Of a stretch of DNA of 64,000 bases, positions 23,274 to 35,231 are shown in pieces. The position numbers and the translations under genes are program-made. The notes under the pieces are model-generated. The model ran no database searches, was not told the DNA's origin, and was given only the letters and a program-made list of their open reading frames with translations. The stretch comes from Octopus vulgaris. Its lineage: Eukaryota. The first letter of the stretch is position 1. Every line of letters starts with the position of its first letter. The stretch is taken from positions 15,934,001 through 15,998,000 of the forward strand of contig OX597822.1 in the NCBI GenBank assembly GCA_951406725.2, written 5' to 3'.

Positions 23274-25374
23274 ATTATTTCATCGAATTGACCATGAAGG
23301 TCGAACACAGATAAACGTAGCTGCTGGCTGGACAGAGATATTAATGTGTATGAAAACGACAAAGATGGAAAAAAATGGGAAGGGCACCGGCGCCCGCCGA
23401 CCGATAACCCCTCCCAATAACTGTTCAATTTAAATCAATATAAATAAAAAATTACAATTACAAATTACTAAAATATATTTTTCATTATTCTTCGTCTTCC
23501 TCATCCGGGCACCCAAGTAAGTTTCCTGCCGCCCGCAGGGAAGCGTGCATCGTCAGGCCCGGACCGAGGAAAATAAAATCTTCTTTGTTGCAGGTCTTCG
23601 TGACATCAATCAGTTCTTTCTTATTTACGACCTCCGTAGTCACCGGCGGAGGCCAACTTGGACAGTCAATACAGGTCGAGTCATATCGCTTTCGCTCTAG
23701 AAGGCTGTCCAAGTATAACTCAACAGGCCTTCCCTTGTGATAGAAAATTACAACCTCTTCCTCACAGAGAGAGGTTTCATCCTGCTCTGTCAGTGGCACA
23801 ATTCCCACTGACAGAGCCACTCGTTCCGGTGGCACACTTCCCACCGGAGGAACATCGGGTTCGGTCGGCGGCATAGCGACATCCACTGACCGTCTCTCGT
23901 TTCTCTTCTTTCTCTTTTTCCTTCTTTCGGTTGCGGGAGTCGGGGCCTCCGTCGGTACGCCCGAAGAGTCCTCCTCCTCTCCCACAACCTGCACGTCTCC
24001 TAGTGAGCAACCACCGTTGCTCACCTTTCTCTTTCTTCTCGCTGACGTCAACGCCTCAATGACTTCCTCCGTTTCTCCCTGCAATGGGAGAGCGAAGGAC
24101 ACCTTCCCCTTTTCCTGCTCCGGAGCCTTACCATGGCCCTGGGGGCAGTCCTTCTTGACATGGTCTGACTCCCGGAACGAGTAACAGTTGGGGGCGGGGC
24201 GACCCTCAAGAATCACTGGATACCTGGAGCCAGCCATCCTCAAAAATTCGGGGATGGTCATTTTGCCTGCGGCCACTGGGATCCTCAGGGTCAAAGTTGA
24301 ATTTGCACCCTCCCAGTTGAGCGCAGCCGTCACTCTTACATTTAAGAGCCTGGGCCCGTTATCATCCAGGCCCCGTCGGATGGTATCTCCTATCCACCTC
24401 GCCTCTATTCCCAGGGGTAGCCCACATACCCAGACTCTTATCACCTTCCTTCTGCAGTACGACGGGAGAAAAAAAATTTCCTTTCCTTCCAAAGGCTGAC
24501 TTGCAAAATTGCAAGCCTCCTCCGTAGTGTCAAACAGCAACCACGCCGTTGCATGCCTGACACCCCGGGATATATGTTTTACAGGGGACAAATAGTATTT
24601 TAGTTATTTTTTCAATGGTTTGTTTTGGGAAGACGGTGATGGTATTAAGAACTTTAGAGTAAGTTCTAACCACCATATCTTTTAACCACTGCTTGGGTGG
24701 GACGATCTCCCACTCCAAACAGTAGTCGTATTTTTTATCATTTTATCTGCCATGTCGATAAAACACAGTTCAAACAAGGAAAAGAAAAGTCACTCAACCA
24801 AAAACAACAAAAAGTCTTTGAACACAATAAAAATTGTTTAAATGTTCAACTAAAATTGAAAGAAATAAAATACGGGTCCAACTAAAATTGTTCAGAAAAA
24901 GAAAAGAAAAGACAGCAGTTCAGAAAATAAATAAATATTCTACAATTCTCCACGGCAGAAAATGCAATTTTCGAGCTACACGGTACTCCCAGCTCACTTG
25001 CAGCCTTCAAATCTCTTGATAATCCTCATGGTACAGTACTTCCAGCCTTTCGGGTTCAAAACCACGCACAGCTTGCAAGCACCAATTTTTTCTAAGATAA
25101 CTCTAGTGAAAATATTAACCTTGAAGTTCTTCACTTGCTTGTTAACAAGCACAATCATAACACCGCCAAGAATAAGCGAAAATGACCCAGAGCTGGGCAG
25201 AATATTCTGTAATAGAAACACAACATACAATAAAAACGACAAGAAAAAAACAAAACGTCTTACCTTGATGGTGACGTTTTTCCTCAAAGACGGAGCTAGA
25301 CAGCTACACGTCTTCCCTTGTTCACTGAAGCAAGTAACTGGCAAATACGCATGTGTGAACGGTCAGCAACCTAC
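23274..25374 (-). mobile_element. ORF1-only (HAL1-like) L1/Tx1-type non-LTR element
   Basis: About 620 bp of 5' region, a gag-like ORF1, then about 210 bp of 3' region ending ...CATGGTCAATTCGATGAAATAAT. There is no EN/RT after ORF1. Confidence 0.7.
23485..24753 (-). pseudogene. Tx1/L1-like ORF1 (gag-like nucleic-acid-binding protein), two N-terminal frameshifts
   Basis: 368-aa open frame with VWVCGLP...YPVILEGRPAPNCYSFRESDHVKKDCP (zinc knuckle Cx2Cx4Hx4C with one C to F change) and basic RRKRK/RRKKRKKR tracts. The N-terminus continues in ORF 24530-24718 and at an ATG at 24753. Confidence 0.78.
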
Positions 25375-26300
25375 TTTATTTCATTAAATTTGCCATGACG
25401 CCATTACAAAGAGGGGACGAACAAAGACAAACAAACATAAAAAGGTGAAGTAGCTGTTAATCGATTAAAAAACAGATTCGGATGATAGGTGACTAATGAG
25501 ACAATATATATGAAACAATGAAACAATATATATAGTTTAAATTTTTTTTTTATTTTACGTTCATTTTGATTTGCAATGCAACCCTAAAGGCATCCCGCCA
25601 CCTGGGTAGAACCTTTACTTTTCATCTTGAATGCACTTACTTGGTGCCAATCACACCCAACTTACTTTCCACAGGTTTCCTTCTTTTAACAAATATACCC
25701 CGTGACAGACACCTCTTCTCCCACCTGATCTTACTATTGAGGTGGTAACTAAAGAAGCTGACCAACCCCTGACCAGAGACAAACGTACCTGTCACTATGC
25801 CTTTCACGCGCGTCTTCCATACTGTTTCTTTCAGTATGGCTACTACGCAGAAAAAACAGGCCTTCCTTTCCTTGCTCAGAGAAGGAGGTGGCACGATCTT
25901 GATGATAGACTCAGCCGATAGCTGTCCTCTTCCCATCACTGACATCAGTTGTTTGACGAAAGCTATCAGTCCTGATAATTCCGGACACTCCACGAATGCG
26001 GGCAAGACGGTTTCCCTATCCTGCCCACATCTCGGACATGTCGGCGAGACGGCACTTCCGGAAGCACTGCCAAGCCAGGGATTTCTGGTAATTATCGAGA
26101 TACGCCGGCCCGAATGTTCTCCTGAACAGGTTGATTAACTGATTTTCATCGTAGCCCAGGGTATCCACCAAGGCGTCTTCAGACATGGTCTCTACTACCC
26201 GCTATAAAATCCGCGGTGGAACTCCTGCTGTCGGCATTGACTGCCCGAGAGAATAACTGAAGTGCCTGACGGCACACCAATTGACATAGATTCGGAGACA
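25375..26300 (-). mobile_element. 5'-truncated Tx1-clade LINE: ORF2 C-terminus (zf-RVT) plus 3' UTR
   Basis: Minus-strand frames give LGYDENQLINLFRRTFGPAYLDNYQKSLAWQC and TCPRCGQDRETVLPAFVECP...KETVWKTR (Cx2Cx7-8HxxxxC zf-RVT, H to P). Stop at 25637; the 3' UTR ends CATGGCAAATTTAATGAAATAAA. Confidence 0.85.
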
Positions 26301-26699
26301 TTGTATTCACCTCAACAGACGACATTGATTGGTTGAAATTGCCGAAATGCAAAAAATTAAACAACAAATAGCTTAAAAACTACAGAATTTTCTCAAGAAA
26401 GTCAAGAGAAAAAGATGTTTTATAAAGACATTCTACCAGTATACGAAGTTTAAAAGTGTTTAGTTACAAAGAAATTATTTTAAAAATCTGCCGGCCAAAG
26501 CGAAAAGATCCGAATTCACTTAGTTTCTCTACGAGGATGTCAATCGTTTCTGTTGCCACCGCGGCAAACGCCAAAAGCTTTTTAACTGTTTCAATCCCTG
26601 TATTACTCTCTGCGAGAGCACACTTCTCATGAATTATTTCGACCGACATTATTTGGTCGAAATTATAACACAGCAAATTATGAAAAATAGTTTTTCAAA

Positions 26700-27025
26700 A
26701 AAAGGGAAACCTATAATTTTTTACTTTTTTTCCCTCTCAACGAAGACAACAGTTCAAATCCCACCTCTGCCTACAACGTTCGAAATTAATTTTTTTTTCA
26801 CACAATAATAAAAATACAGTATCCCAAGAAACGGGAAACCTATAATATTTTTTTCATAACAACGGGGACAACGGTTCAAATCTCACCCCCACTAGAGGCA
26901 GGTGACACAATAGAGCCTACAACGGCTAACATTTTTTTTTCACACAATAATAAATTGATTATCGCAAAAGACGGGAAACATATTTTTTTCCTCTTAATAA
27001 TATTATATTTTTTTCCTCTTAATGA
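26700..27025. repeat. Diverged tandem repeat, about 2.3 units of 130-140 bp
   Basis: GGGAAAC recurs at 26704, 26833 and 26973. GACAAC.GTTCAAATC, GCCTACAACG and TTTTCACACAATAATAAA each occur twice. Confidence 0.75.
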
Positions 27026-27183
27026 GGACTTAGTATTTCGGCAAACTTAAAGATAAAATTAGCACCACGATGTAAAAGAAATAAGCACTGCGATCGATTC
27101 ATTTGAATAAAAATTGTTTAAGACGGTGCCCCAGCTTGGCCGCAGTATAGTAACTTGAACATGGAAAAGATTATAGAAAAGAC

Positions 27184-27243
<60 letters not shown>

Positions 27244-27330
27244 TGTATGTATGTATGTATATGTACGTGCGTTTTAATATATATGTATGCGAGTTGCGTA
27301 TATATATCGACATGTGTATATATATATAAC

Positions 27331-27825
27331 AGTAGCCGATACGACAAAAACCTAAAGAAACATCTAACAAAAGCGAAATTCTCATCAGAAACTAAAACTG
27401 AATTCTTTGTAAAAGAGTGCTGAGATGGTAGATGTGGGATCTGCAGCAACCCCACCTATAAATACATAGAGGGAGACAAAGAAATGAAATTTAAAAGTGG
27501 TCACATATTTAAAGTAAATGCAGATATGAACTGCAAGACGCAGAACGTAATATACTGCGTAACCTGCCCCACGTGCAAGCAGGATTACTTACGTGAAACT
27601 GGAAATTCTTTGTGCCAATGAGCCAGGATTCAACAACATGTTCGAGTACACACCTAGGATTCAACAACATGTTCGAGTACACAACTGAGTACACACCTAG
27701 CTACATGTGGAGAAGGAAATTTTAAGATCTTTCCCTTCTACAAATGTCCAAAGAACGACACCTCCTTCAGGAGGAATATGGAAAAATATTTCATAACTAA
27801 GTTCTCCCCCAAATTAAATGGCTGA
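27331..27825 (+). pseudogene. Penelope-like element C-terminus (GIY-YIG endonuclease), disrupted
   Basis: NLKKHLTKAKF...C*DGRCGIC...MNCKTQNVIYCVTCPTCKQDYLRETG...HLATCG...FPFYKC...RRNMEKYFITKFSPKLNG*. Internal 28-bp duplication at 27625/27656. Confidence 0.85.
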
Positions 27826-27887
27826 AAATAGCTCTATAATAAGCTGTACCAGATGACAGACCAAATTTGCTAAGTAAACTGTATTAA

Positions 27888-28973
27888 CCCTTTCGTTACT
27901 ATATTTCTGACCAAAATACACCCCTTATGTGTTTCAATTAATTTCTAACATAATCATAAATTTAGTCTGGTTTCATTAAACAACTATAACTTTTTTATTT
28001 ATCAATATATTAACGTGATTTTTGGAAGATAATTTAAAAGAAATGTTCTCAACCAATTCTATACTATAATTTTTGTCACAAAGTGACTCTAATTGCAGGT
28101 AGATACAGGTAAATTCAACAAAATATAAAACTATTAAAATCTTATTCAAACATCGCTATAGAAAATGGGTTATTAGCTAATATTCAATTGGGTATACAAC
28201 AAAATTTTACGATAGAATTTGTTATTCTGATTAACTTTCTGATACCCATAATAATATTTATGGCAAAATAGTCTTAATTTCATTTAAGGTTATGGGAAAC
28301 CACTAACTATCCTTTCTTTCGTTTTGTTTACGTTTAGCATAACGGTTCGCTTCCGTCGTAATGATTTCAAATAGGCTCATTCGAAAAAGTAAAAAGAAAT
28401 AGTCTAAGGCTTTACTCTTCTGGGAAAGTCTGTGGCTTGGTCCAGTTTCTTTAGAAAAATCACCGAAAGAAAGAGTTTTTAAATTTTCACTCCATTCAGG
28501 TGCCAATTCATTTTCTTTATCGCTGTCGGAGCACTCGGATTCACTGTTTTCACTTTCGGAAAATGAAACATCAGATTCATTATCAAATACCACATGCTTT
28601 TTTTTTCAGTCATAGAGTTAGATTTATGAAGGTCTTCAGTAGAAAATCCTTCGAATTCTAACTCGCTACTTGATATAATGAAATTCGTATCCATTTTTTG
28701 TCAGAATTACAAATTTTGAAAACACAATAGGAACAAATTTCGGAAAAAAATCTCCCAAAATTCACAGAATTAAAATTACACTTCGAGTTTTTTACAAAAC
28801 TGTAGTTGAACTCTTTACGAAGTACAATACGTATTTTCACGAATGTACTAAAGAGATTTGCTCTGATATTCTCATTTAAATATGAATAGGTAAATTCGGG
28901 CGGCTTTGGGCGGTTTGGTCACCTTAACCAAAATTGTTTTCGGGCGGTTTCGGGCGGTTTGGTAACGAAAGGG
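27888..28973 (-). mobile_element. Non-autonomous piggyBac element
   Basis: TTAA TSDs at 27884-27887 and 28974-28977, 12-bp TIR CCCTTTCGTTAC, four subterminal GGGCGG(T/C)TT repeats, and a transposase N-terminal remnant. Confidence 0.92.
28303..28694 (-). pseudogene. piggyBac transposase N-terminal fragment (frameshifted, no DDD domain)
   Basis: Acidic S/E/D-rich N-terminus, then GPSHRLSQKSKALDYFFLLF...FEIITTEANRYA, which matches the start of the piggyBac core (DYFxLF...ETNRYA). Confidence 0.8.
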
Positions 28974-28975
28974 TT

Positions 28976-28977
<2 letters not shown>

Positions 28978-29029
<52 letters not shown>

Positions 29030-29055
29030 ACTCACACACACACTCACACACACAC
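28978..29055. repeat. (CA)n microsatellite
   Basis: Direct reading. Confidence 0.95.
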
Positions 29056-29704
29056 AGTTCTACACATATGTTTAGGTTTTTGAAAATACAACATTGAACA
29101 AAGGATATTCTAATATTTGAATGAAACCATTTCACTTTAATTTGTGGAACCAGTTGCTCCTGTATGATAAAACTTAATATTTATTTAGCTGTCAATCAGT
29201 GAGATATTAGACTAAATCAATTGAAGATCAGTAGTTGTCAGTTTGTATTCTGTCATTTGTAACTTCAAAACAAGAGAGTCTCTTTTTCAAGTATGGACTT
29301 TATGAAATTTTACTCATCATACAGTGAAGGACAAATTTACAATTTAATATAGTGGAGCATTTAGTATATATATATGTGTGTGTATGTGTGTATATATATA
29401 TAGTGGTATAAATATCAACACAATTATTTCTCCTTTTTTCCCTCTTCTCCTTTCTTCCCTTCTCCAAACTCACAAACACCCCCACACTCGCACACACACG
29501 CACACACACCTCCACAAAACAATCATAAACCCAAAAAACCATTTGACCATTCCTCATTAAACACACACACACACGCACTCTCTCACAATGATAAAAAGGA
29601 AATATAATTACCTCCCGCCATCACACACTCAATAACACTATGAAATTTTCTGAGTCCCTCATTTCTTCTAATATAAAATACCTGTACATCATCTCCAAAC
29701 CTTC

Positions 29705-29772
<68 letters not shown>

Positions 29773-30164
29773 GCATAGCTGTGTCTGTTTATTTGCAACT
29801 CTGTTCATGTATGCATGTGTATGCGTATTTATTTATGAGTGTGTGCGTGTGCGTGTGTGTGTATACCCATCTTATTGACCATACTGAGAAGAAGGTTTCG
29901 CTTTTCCGTTTGTAACCGAAATTAATCAAAGTGTCGCCACCTGCGTATGTCGCATCGACTCCTGCGTAGTTGTGAGTGTGAGTTCAGAAATGTTGACCAA
30001 CTTCTTTCGTTTAGAATGAGAAAAGGGAAACCTTTCTGTTCCCTTAATTTTTAATAAAATGGGTATACCTATCCACGTCATTGACTTTGCCAGCTGATAC
30101 CCTAATAACAGCAATACGGAGCCTTTAGCCTACTCATCATAAGCGATATTGCAATATGGTAAAT

Positions 30165-30548
30165 AAAGCGGCGAGCTGGCAGAAACGTTAGCGCGCCGGT
30201 CGAAACGCTTTGCGGTATTTCGTCTGCCGCTACGTTCTGAGCTCAAATTCCGTCGAGGTCGACTTTGCCTTTCATCCTTTCGGGTTCGACGTAATCGACT
30301 TAATCCCTTTGTCTGTCCTTGTTTGTCCCCTCTATGTTTAGCCTCTTGTGGGTAGTAAAGAAATAGGTATTTCGTCTGTCGTTACGTTCAGAGTTCATAT
30401 TCCGCCGAGGTCGACTTTGCCTTTCATCATTTCGGGGTCGATAAATAAAGTACCAGTTTCACACTGCTGTTGATGTAATCGACTTAATCCCTTTGTCTGT
30501 CCTTGTTTGTCTCCTCTATGTTTAGCCCCTTGTGGGCAGTAAAGAAAT
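30165..30548 (+). mobile_element. SINE family B (Nin-domain-like), 1.8-mer tandem insertion
   Basis: Head GGCGAGCTGGCAGAAACGTTAG and body GAGGTCGACTTTGCCTTTCATCCTTTCGGG. A second headless unit starts near 30366. 19-bp TSD ATATT(G/A)CAATATGGTAAAT at 30146-30164 and 30549-30567. Confidence 0.92.
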
Positions 30549-31814
30549 ATATTACAATATGGTAAATGCTTTCGTACAAGCGCCTCGTCCTTTTCAGAGA
30601 AATTTTTATGCATATTCACGATGGAATATAAATCCTTCGGAAACAATATGATTATTGGGTTATTGTCAATTTTCTCAAAGCTAATATTTGATTTGTTTTG
30701 CAAACTCTGATGATGTAATCTGATTGTAAGTTAGTTCCTTGCATGCAGTATTTATTCATTAATGGAACACATTTCATGGTGTCAAATGTAAACCTCTGCT
30801 GATATTTGCGCTCTTATACTTTTTTTGTATATAGCTCTGCATTGGATATTGACTGTAGTAATGTATTTCGTAACATGAACGCATAGAGTTTAAAATATCA
30901 CTTATAAATTGTGCATTATACAGGACAGTACACAACCATACACAAACCCATAAATATATTATGTATGTGTTTTTTTTTCTCTCTATTTTCAGCTCAGAGC
31001 AGCGGCCATGCAGATGCACCGCCGTTAAGAATTATCTCTCAGAAGTGTTTATATATATATGATATGAGTGTGTTCATGTGTGTGTGTGTGCGCATGTGCG
31101 TATGTATGTATGCATACATGTATGTATTAGACTTGTGTTTTGCGCTTTAATAATTGTCAGGTGTGGTGATATTCTCGCCTGAAGAAACAGCCACATAGTC
31201 AGAATGAAGCTAAATTTTCTCTTTCAATAAACCATATACTCTCTATGTATGGAACATTCTAGAATTTTACACATACACATGCACACACATGCACACACAT
31301 ACACGTTTAAATGGAACCATCATTTTGTGGGAGATCATCCGGTGAGAGATAAATACAAATTGAGAGACACTGTATTAGAATAAGAGATATTAATAGTTTC
31401 TCTAACCCTAACCCTAGCTTCCCTTCCGGAACATCGACAAAAGGAAAATCATTAAGCTGGTTAGCCACGTATGTGGTCTGAAGGCGCGTACTGTCAAAGG
31501 GACCGTAGCTCTTATATTCTCTCACCATTATTTTTATTCACCCTTCGTCTTTTCTTTCTACTTTTTGCATCGACCTTCTTGGTGTTTCTAGTGGTTTCTC
31601 ATGAAATAACGTCTTGGCTTTCAAATAGAAAAAAAGCCAGGTTCGAAGAGCTTTTTTCAAGTCACGTCATAAAAGCTGCCTAACCACCTGTTTTAATGGT
31701 GTGAAATTCTTAATACCTCATATTTTAATACACTGTACATTATATGATATATACATATATGCATAGAGAGAGAAAGAGGAGGGGATAATTAAATAGATAA
31801 ATACACACACACAC

Positions 31815-31866
<52 letters not shown>

Positions 31867-33345
31867 ATACATATATATATATGTGTGTGTGTGTATACAT
31901 ATATATATGTGTGTGTGTGTGTATACATATACATAGACATATAGATGGTAGATAATACTTGTGCACTTAATTGCTTGTAAGATATTCAATTGTAAACGTT
32001 TGCTCATAGGAATTCGTTTTTATATGCCTAAGCATTCGCACATCTGTTTTTATGTAACTGTCGTATATCTCAGTCAGATATACATTAAGTAGTCTTTGTT
32101 CTTTTGAAATGTGCGGCTGCAGTTTCAGTGATGCTATATTTTATTATTATAACGCGAATCCTACAGGTCTGCAAATCCTAGATCTCCTCATAGAAAATGG
32201 TGGAATATATTATATTTCAGCATCTAGAGAAATTGGAAAATAATATACTTTATTGCGAATGTACTGACCGTTAGGCCAATACTGTTTCTCTTGGTGCCAT
32301 AAGCAAAATATAGTTTAGTCTTGTTCACCTCAAAAGCCTGATGTTAAATCGATAAAATTGAGGCGTCTCTAATTCCATAACTTTGATTTCGCAGTATGTT
32401 TGTGATGTAATGTTTTCCATTCAACTGCAACAAAATTTAAATTATTTTTATTCAGTAACTCATTCAATTTATATTTAGCGGAGAAATGATTCATTTATCA
32501 ATGACAGAAAATTTACTGCTACGTTTAATTCCACACTTGGAATAGTTTTTCCATACTTCGATGCCGATGAAACCGCTCATAGAGACATCAAAACGTTCAT
32601 CGCATTCCTTTCATTTTTGACCCAATAGGAATCGGCGTAAAACAAGTGATTTCCTGACTTTAATTATTATGCCGCTATCAGTGTCACTAATATTGATGAA
32701 TGTTTTAACAAGTTCTGAGGCGTTTTACAAAGTGTACCCAGTAACTGATGTGTAAAATTCCTCTATCAGACTAATGGAATGTAAACATTGATTTCATTTT
32801 ATTCCACTGAATTTCCTAACTTCGCCACTGTTTCTATTTCATTGCGATAAATTTGTGGTATTTTTAATCTTGAAATTTATGAAACTCACTGCATTTTCTA
32901 ACAAAATCCGTGTGTTTCTTTTATACGTTTAAGAATACTTAAACCTTCATCTTTCTCGGCCTTTAAAGGAAATATAAGGTTATTTTTTTTTAAGACTACG
33001 CATTCCTAACATTTGTATCATGAGTCTAATAATGTTGATTTCTGTTGAAGGTCTTAGAATTGATAAGGTTTATTTGTGAATAAGTTATAACTACTGACAC
33101 AGGTTGTGGAGTCAGATCTTTATTAGGAGAGGTGGGTGTTTTCTGTTATATGTGTCGCTTTCAAATACTCTGGTTTCATGTGTTCATTTGAAAAGATGTG
33201 GACGCTATCAATATTGAAGTTTACGCTATTTTCCTTCCATTCTGCTACTGATAAGATCAGTTGAAATTTTACAGTGTACTTGCTCCGAGTGATGTATTTG
33301 TGGGTCTTTAAGCATGTAGATTACTTGCATAGGTATCTCGATATA

Positions 33346-33728
33346 GTGGAGGCGCAATGGCCCAGTGGTAAGGCAGGGGACTCGCGATCTCAGGATCACG
33401 GTTTCAATTCCTAGACCGGGCGTTGTGAGTGTTTATTGAGCGAAAACACCTGAAACTCCACGAGGCTCCGGCAGGGCGTGGTGGTGAGCCCTGCTGTACT
33501 CTTTCACCGCAACTTTCTCTCACTCTTTCTTCCTGTTTCTGTTGTACCTGTATTTCAGAGGGCCAGCCTTGTCACACTCTGTGTCACGCTGAATACCCCC
33601 GAGAACTATGTTAAGGGTACACATGCCTGTGGAGTGCTCAACCACTTGCACGTTAATTTCATGAGCAGGCTGTTCCATTGATCGAATCAACTGGAACACT
33701 CGTCGTCGTAACCGACGGAGTGCCATCA
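33346..33728 (+). mobile_element. tRNA-derived SINE, family C, full length
   Basis: GGAGGCGCAATGGCCCAGTGG (A box), GGTTTCAATTCC (B box), 3' end ...CCGACGGAGTGCCA. TSD TATCTCG(A/C)TATA at 33334-33345 and 33729-33740. Confidence 0.9.
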
Positions 33729-33972
33729 TATCTCGCTATATCTCCGTTTGTTGTTGTTTCATAAGTGAATATTGTGCAGGTTGAATACCTCACAACTAGG
33801 AATATTCTAATCTTGTTTTCATTTATATTTATGTTCATAGATTTCACTGGATTTGATGGTCTCTCATATTGTCAGCTAGAAACGGTCCATGCATTTCCGA
33901 GGCTTTACATATGTTTGTTCTGAGGTCAGCTTTAAATGTGATTGACGAAATGATATGGAGAAAGTGCAGGTG

Positions 33973-34116
33973 AGGTGCAGGCGTGGTGGTGGTAAGAAGT
34001 TTGCCTCCCAACTTCATGTTCCTGGGTTCAGTCCCACTGTGTCTCTTGTAGCATAGTCTCGGACTGACCAAACTTTCCTGAATGGATTTGGTAGACGGAA
34101 ACTGACAGAAGCCCGT

Positions 34117-34179
<63 letters not shown>

Positions 34180-34220
34180 GTATATATGTATATATTTATA
34201 TATATATATATGTATGTATG

Positions 34221-34254
<34 letters not shown>

Positions 34255-34517
34255 TGTATGTATGTATATATGTATTATGTATGTATGTATGTATGTATGT
34301 ATGTATGTATGCATGTGTGTGTCTTTGCGCCTGTATTTGTTCCACGCCACTGATTGACAAAAGGCGATGTGTTTACGTCCCCATTACTAAGCGGTTCTGC
34401 AAAAACCACCGATAGAATAAATACTCGTTCGTTTCGTTTGACTAAAATCTCTGAAAGTGGTGCCCCAGCAGCGTCGCAGTCTAGTGACTGAAACAAATAA
34501 AAGAATGAAAGAATAAA
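33973..34517 (+). mobile_element. SINE family A with expanded internal (TA)n(TATG)n
   Basis: GGGTTCAGTCCCACTG...GGATTTGGTAGACGGAAACTGACAGAAGCCCG...TGACTGAAACAAATAAAAGA. Confidence 0.85.
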
Positions 34518-35087
34518 CGAATGAGTCTACAGAAGTAAAAATAAGTGCATTGGAATATATGTCTATTGGAGCCTATCAGCATGATACCTTGACATGCAAA
34601 AGGATACGTCAAACGAGTAAAAGATTAAATTCCAGTGTACTCGATTCGAAAATTGCAAATTCTTGAAGTAAATATTTTCATAGGATTTTTCGTATTTTCC
34701 TTCATATTCGTCTCAGATCCAGGAAATAATTCTGAAATTTTTGTAACAATGGAATTTCATTACTGTTTCAATGTGAATGCAATATTTTAGGTTGATGATG
34801 TGATATAAAAAGTATTGTTGTTGTTGTTGGGGTAGATGTTGCTAATTAATTTAATTAATTTAAATACGATTGCACTGATTGCTTTGTGTTCACAAATCGG
34901 ACATGAACATTTGAATATCTGTGTGTGGCTTCTAAAGCACTTTTTTCATAAATACCTGGAAATATCTGGCTGAATATATTAACGCCGCCATATCTGTATT
35001 GGATGACGACGTCACATTAGTGAGTTCAACAACAATTGAATCCTTCTCAACAAATTTCATGCATATTAATATACGTTATTAATTTGA

Positions 35088-35088
<1 letters not shown>

Positions 35089-35173
<85 letters not shown>

Positions 35174-35175
35174 AT

Positions 35176-35230
<55 letters not shown>
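35089..35230. repeat. Long (TA)n microsatellite
   Basis: Direct reading. Confidence 0.95.

Positions 35231-35231
<1 letters not shown>

Noticed and set aside
23777-24499. Overlapping alternative ORFs within the ORF1 region
   Set aside because: By-products of GC-rich coding sequence with no motifs.
24880-25265. Possible intron in the ORF1 element 5' region (minus AAG/GTAAGA ... pyrimidine tract TTTTAG)
   Set aside because: Splice-like signals alone are too common and need transcript data.
26300-26511. Sequence truncating the Tx1 ORF2, possibly a DNA-transposon end
   Set aside because: No partner terminus or TSD is visible in the window, so the class cannot be supported.
31170-31220. CTGAAGA...GAAT hammerhead-like motif
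   Set aside because: Stems do not pair convincingly.
31403-31418. CTAACCCTAACCCTAG telomere-like repeat
   Set aside because: Fewer than three units, not an interstitial telomere array.
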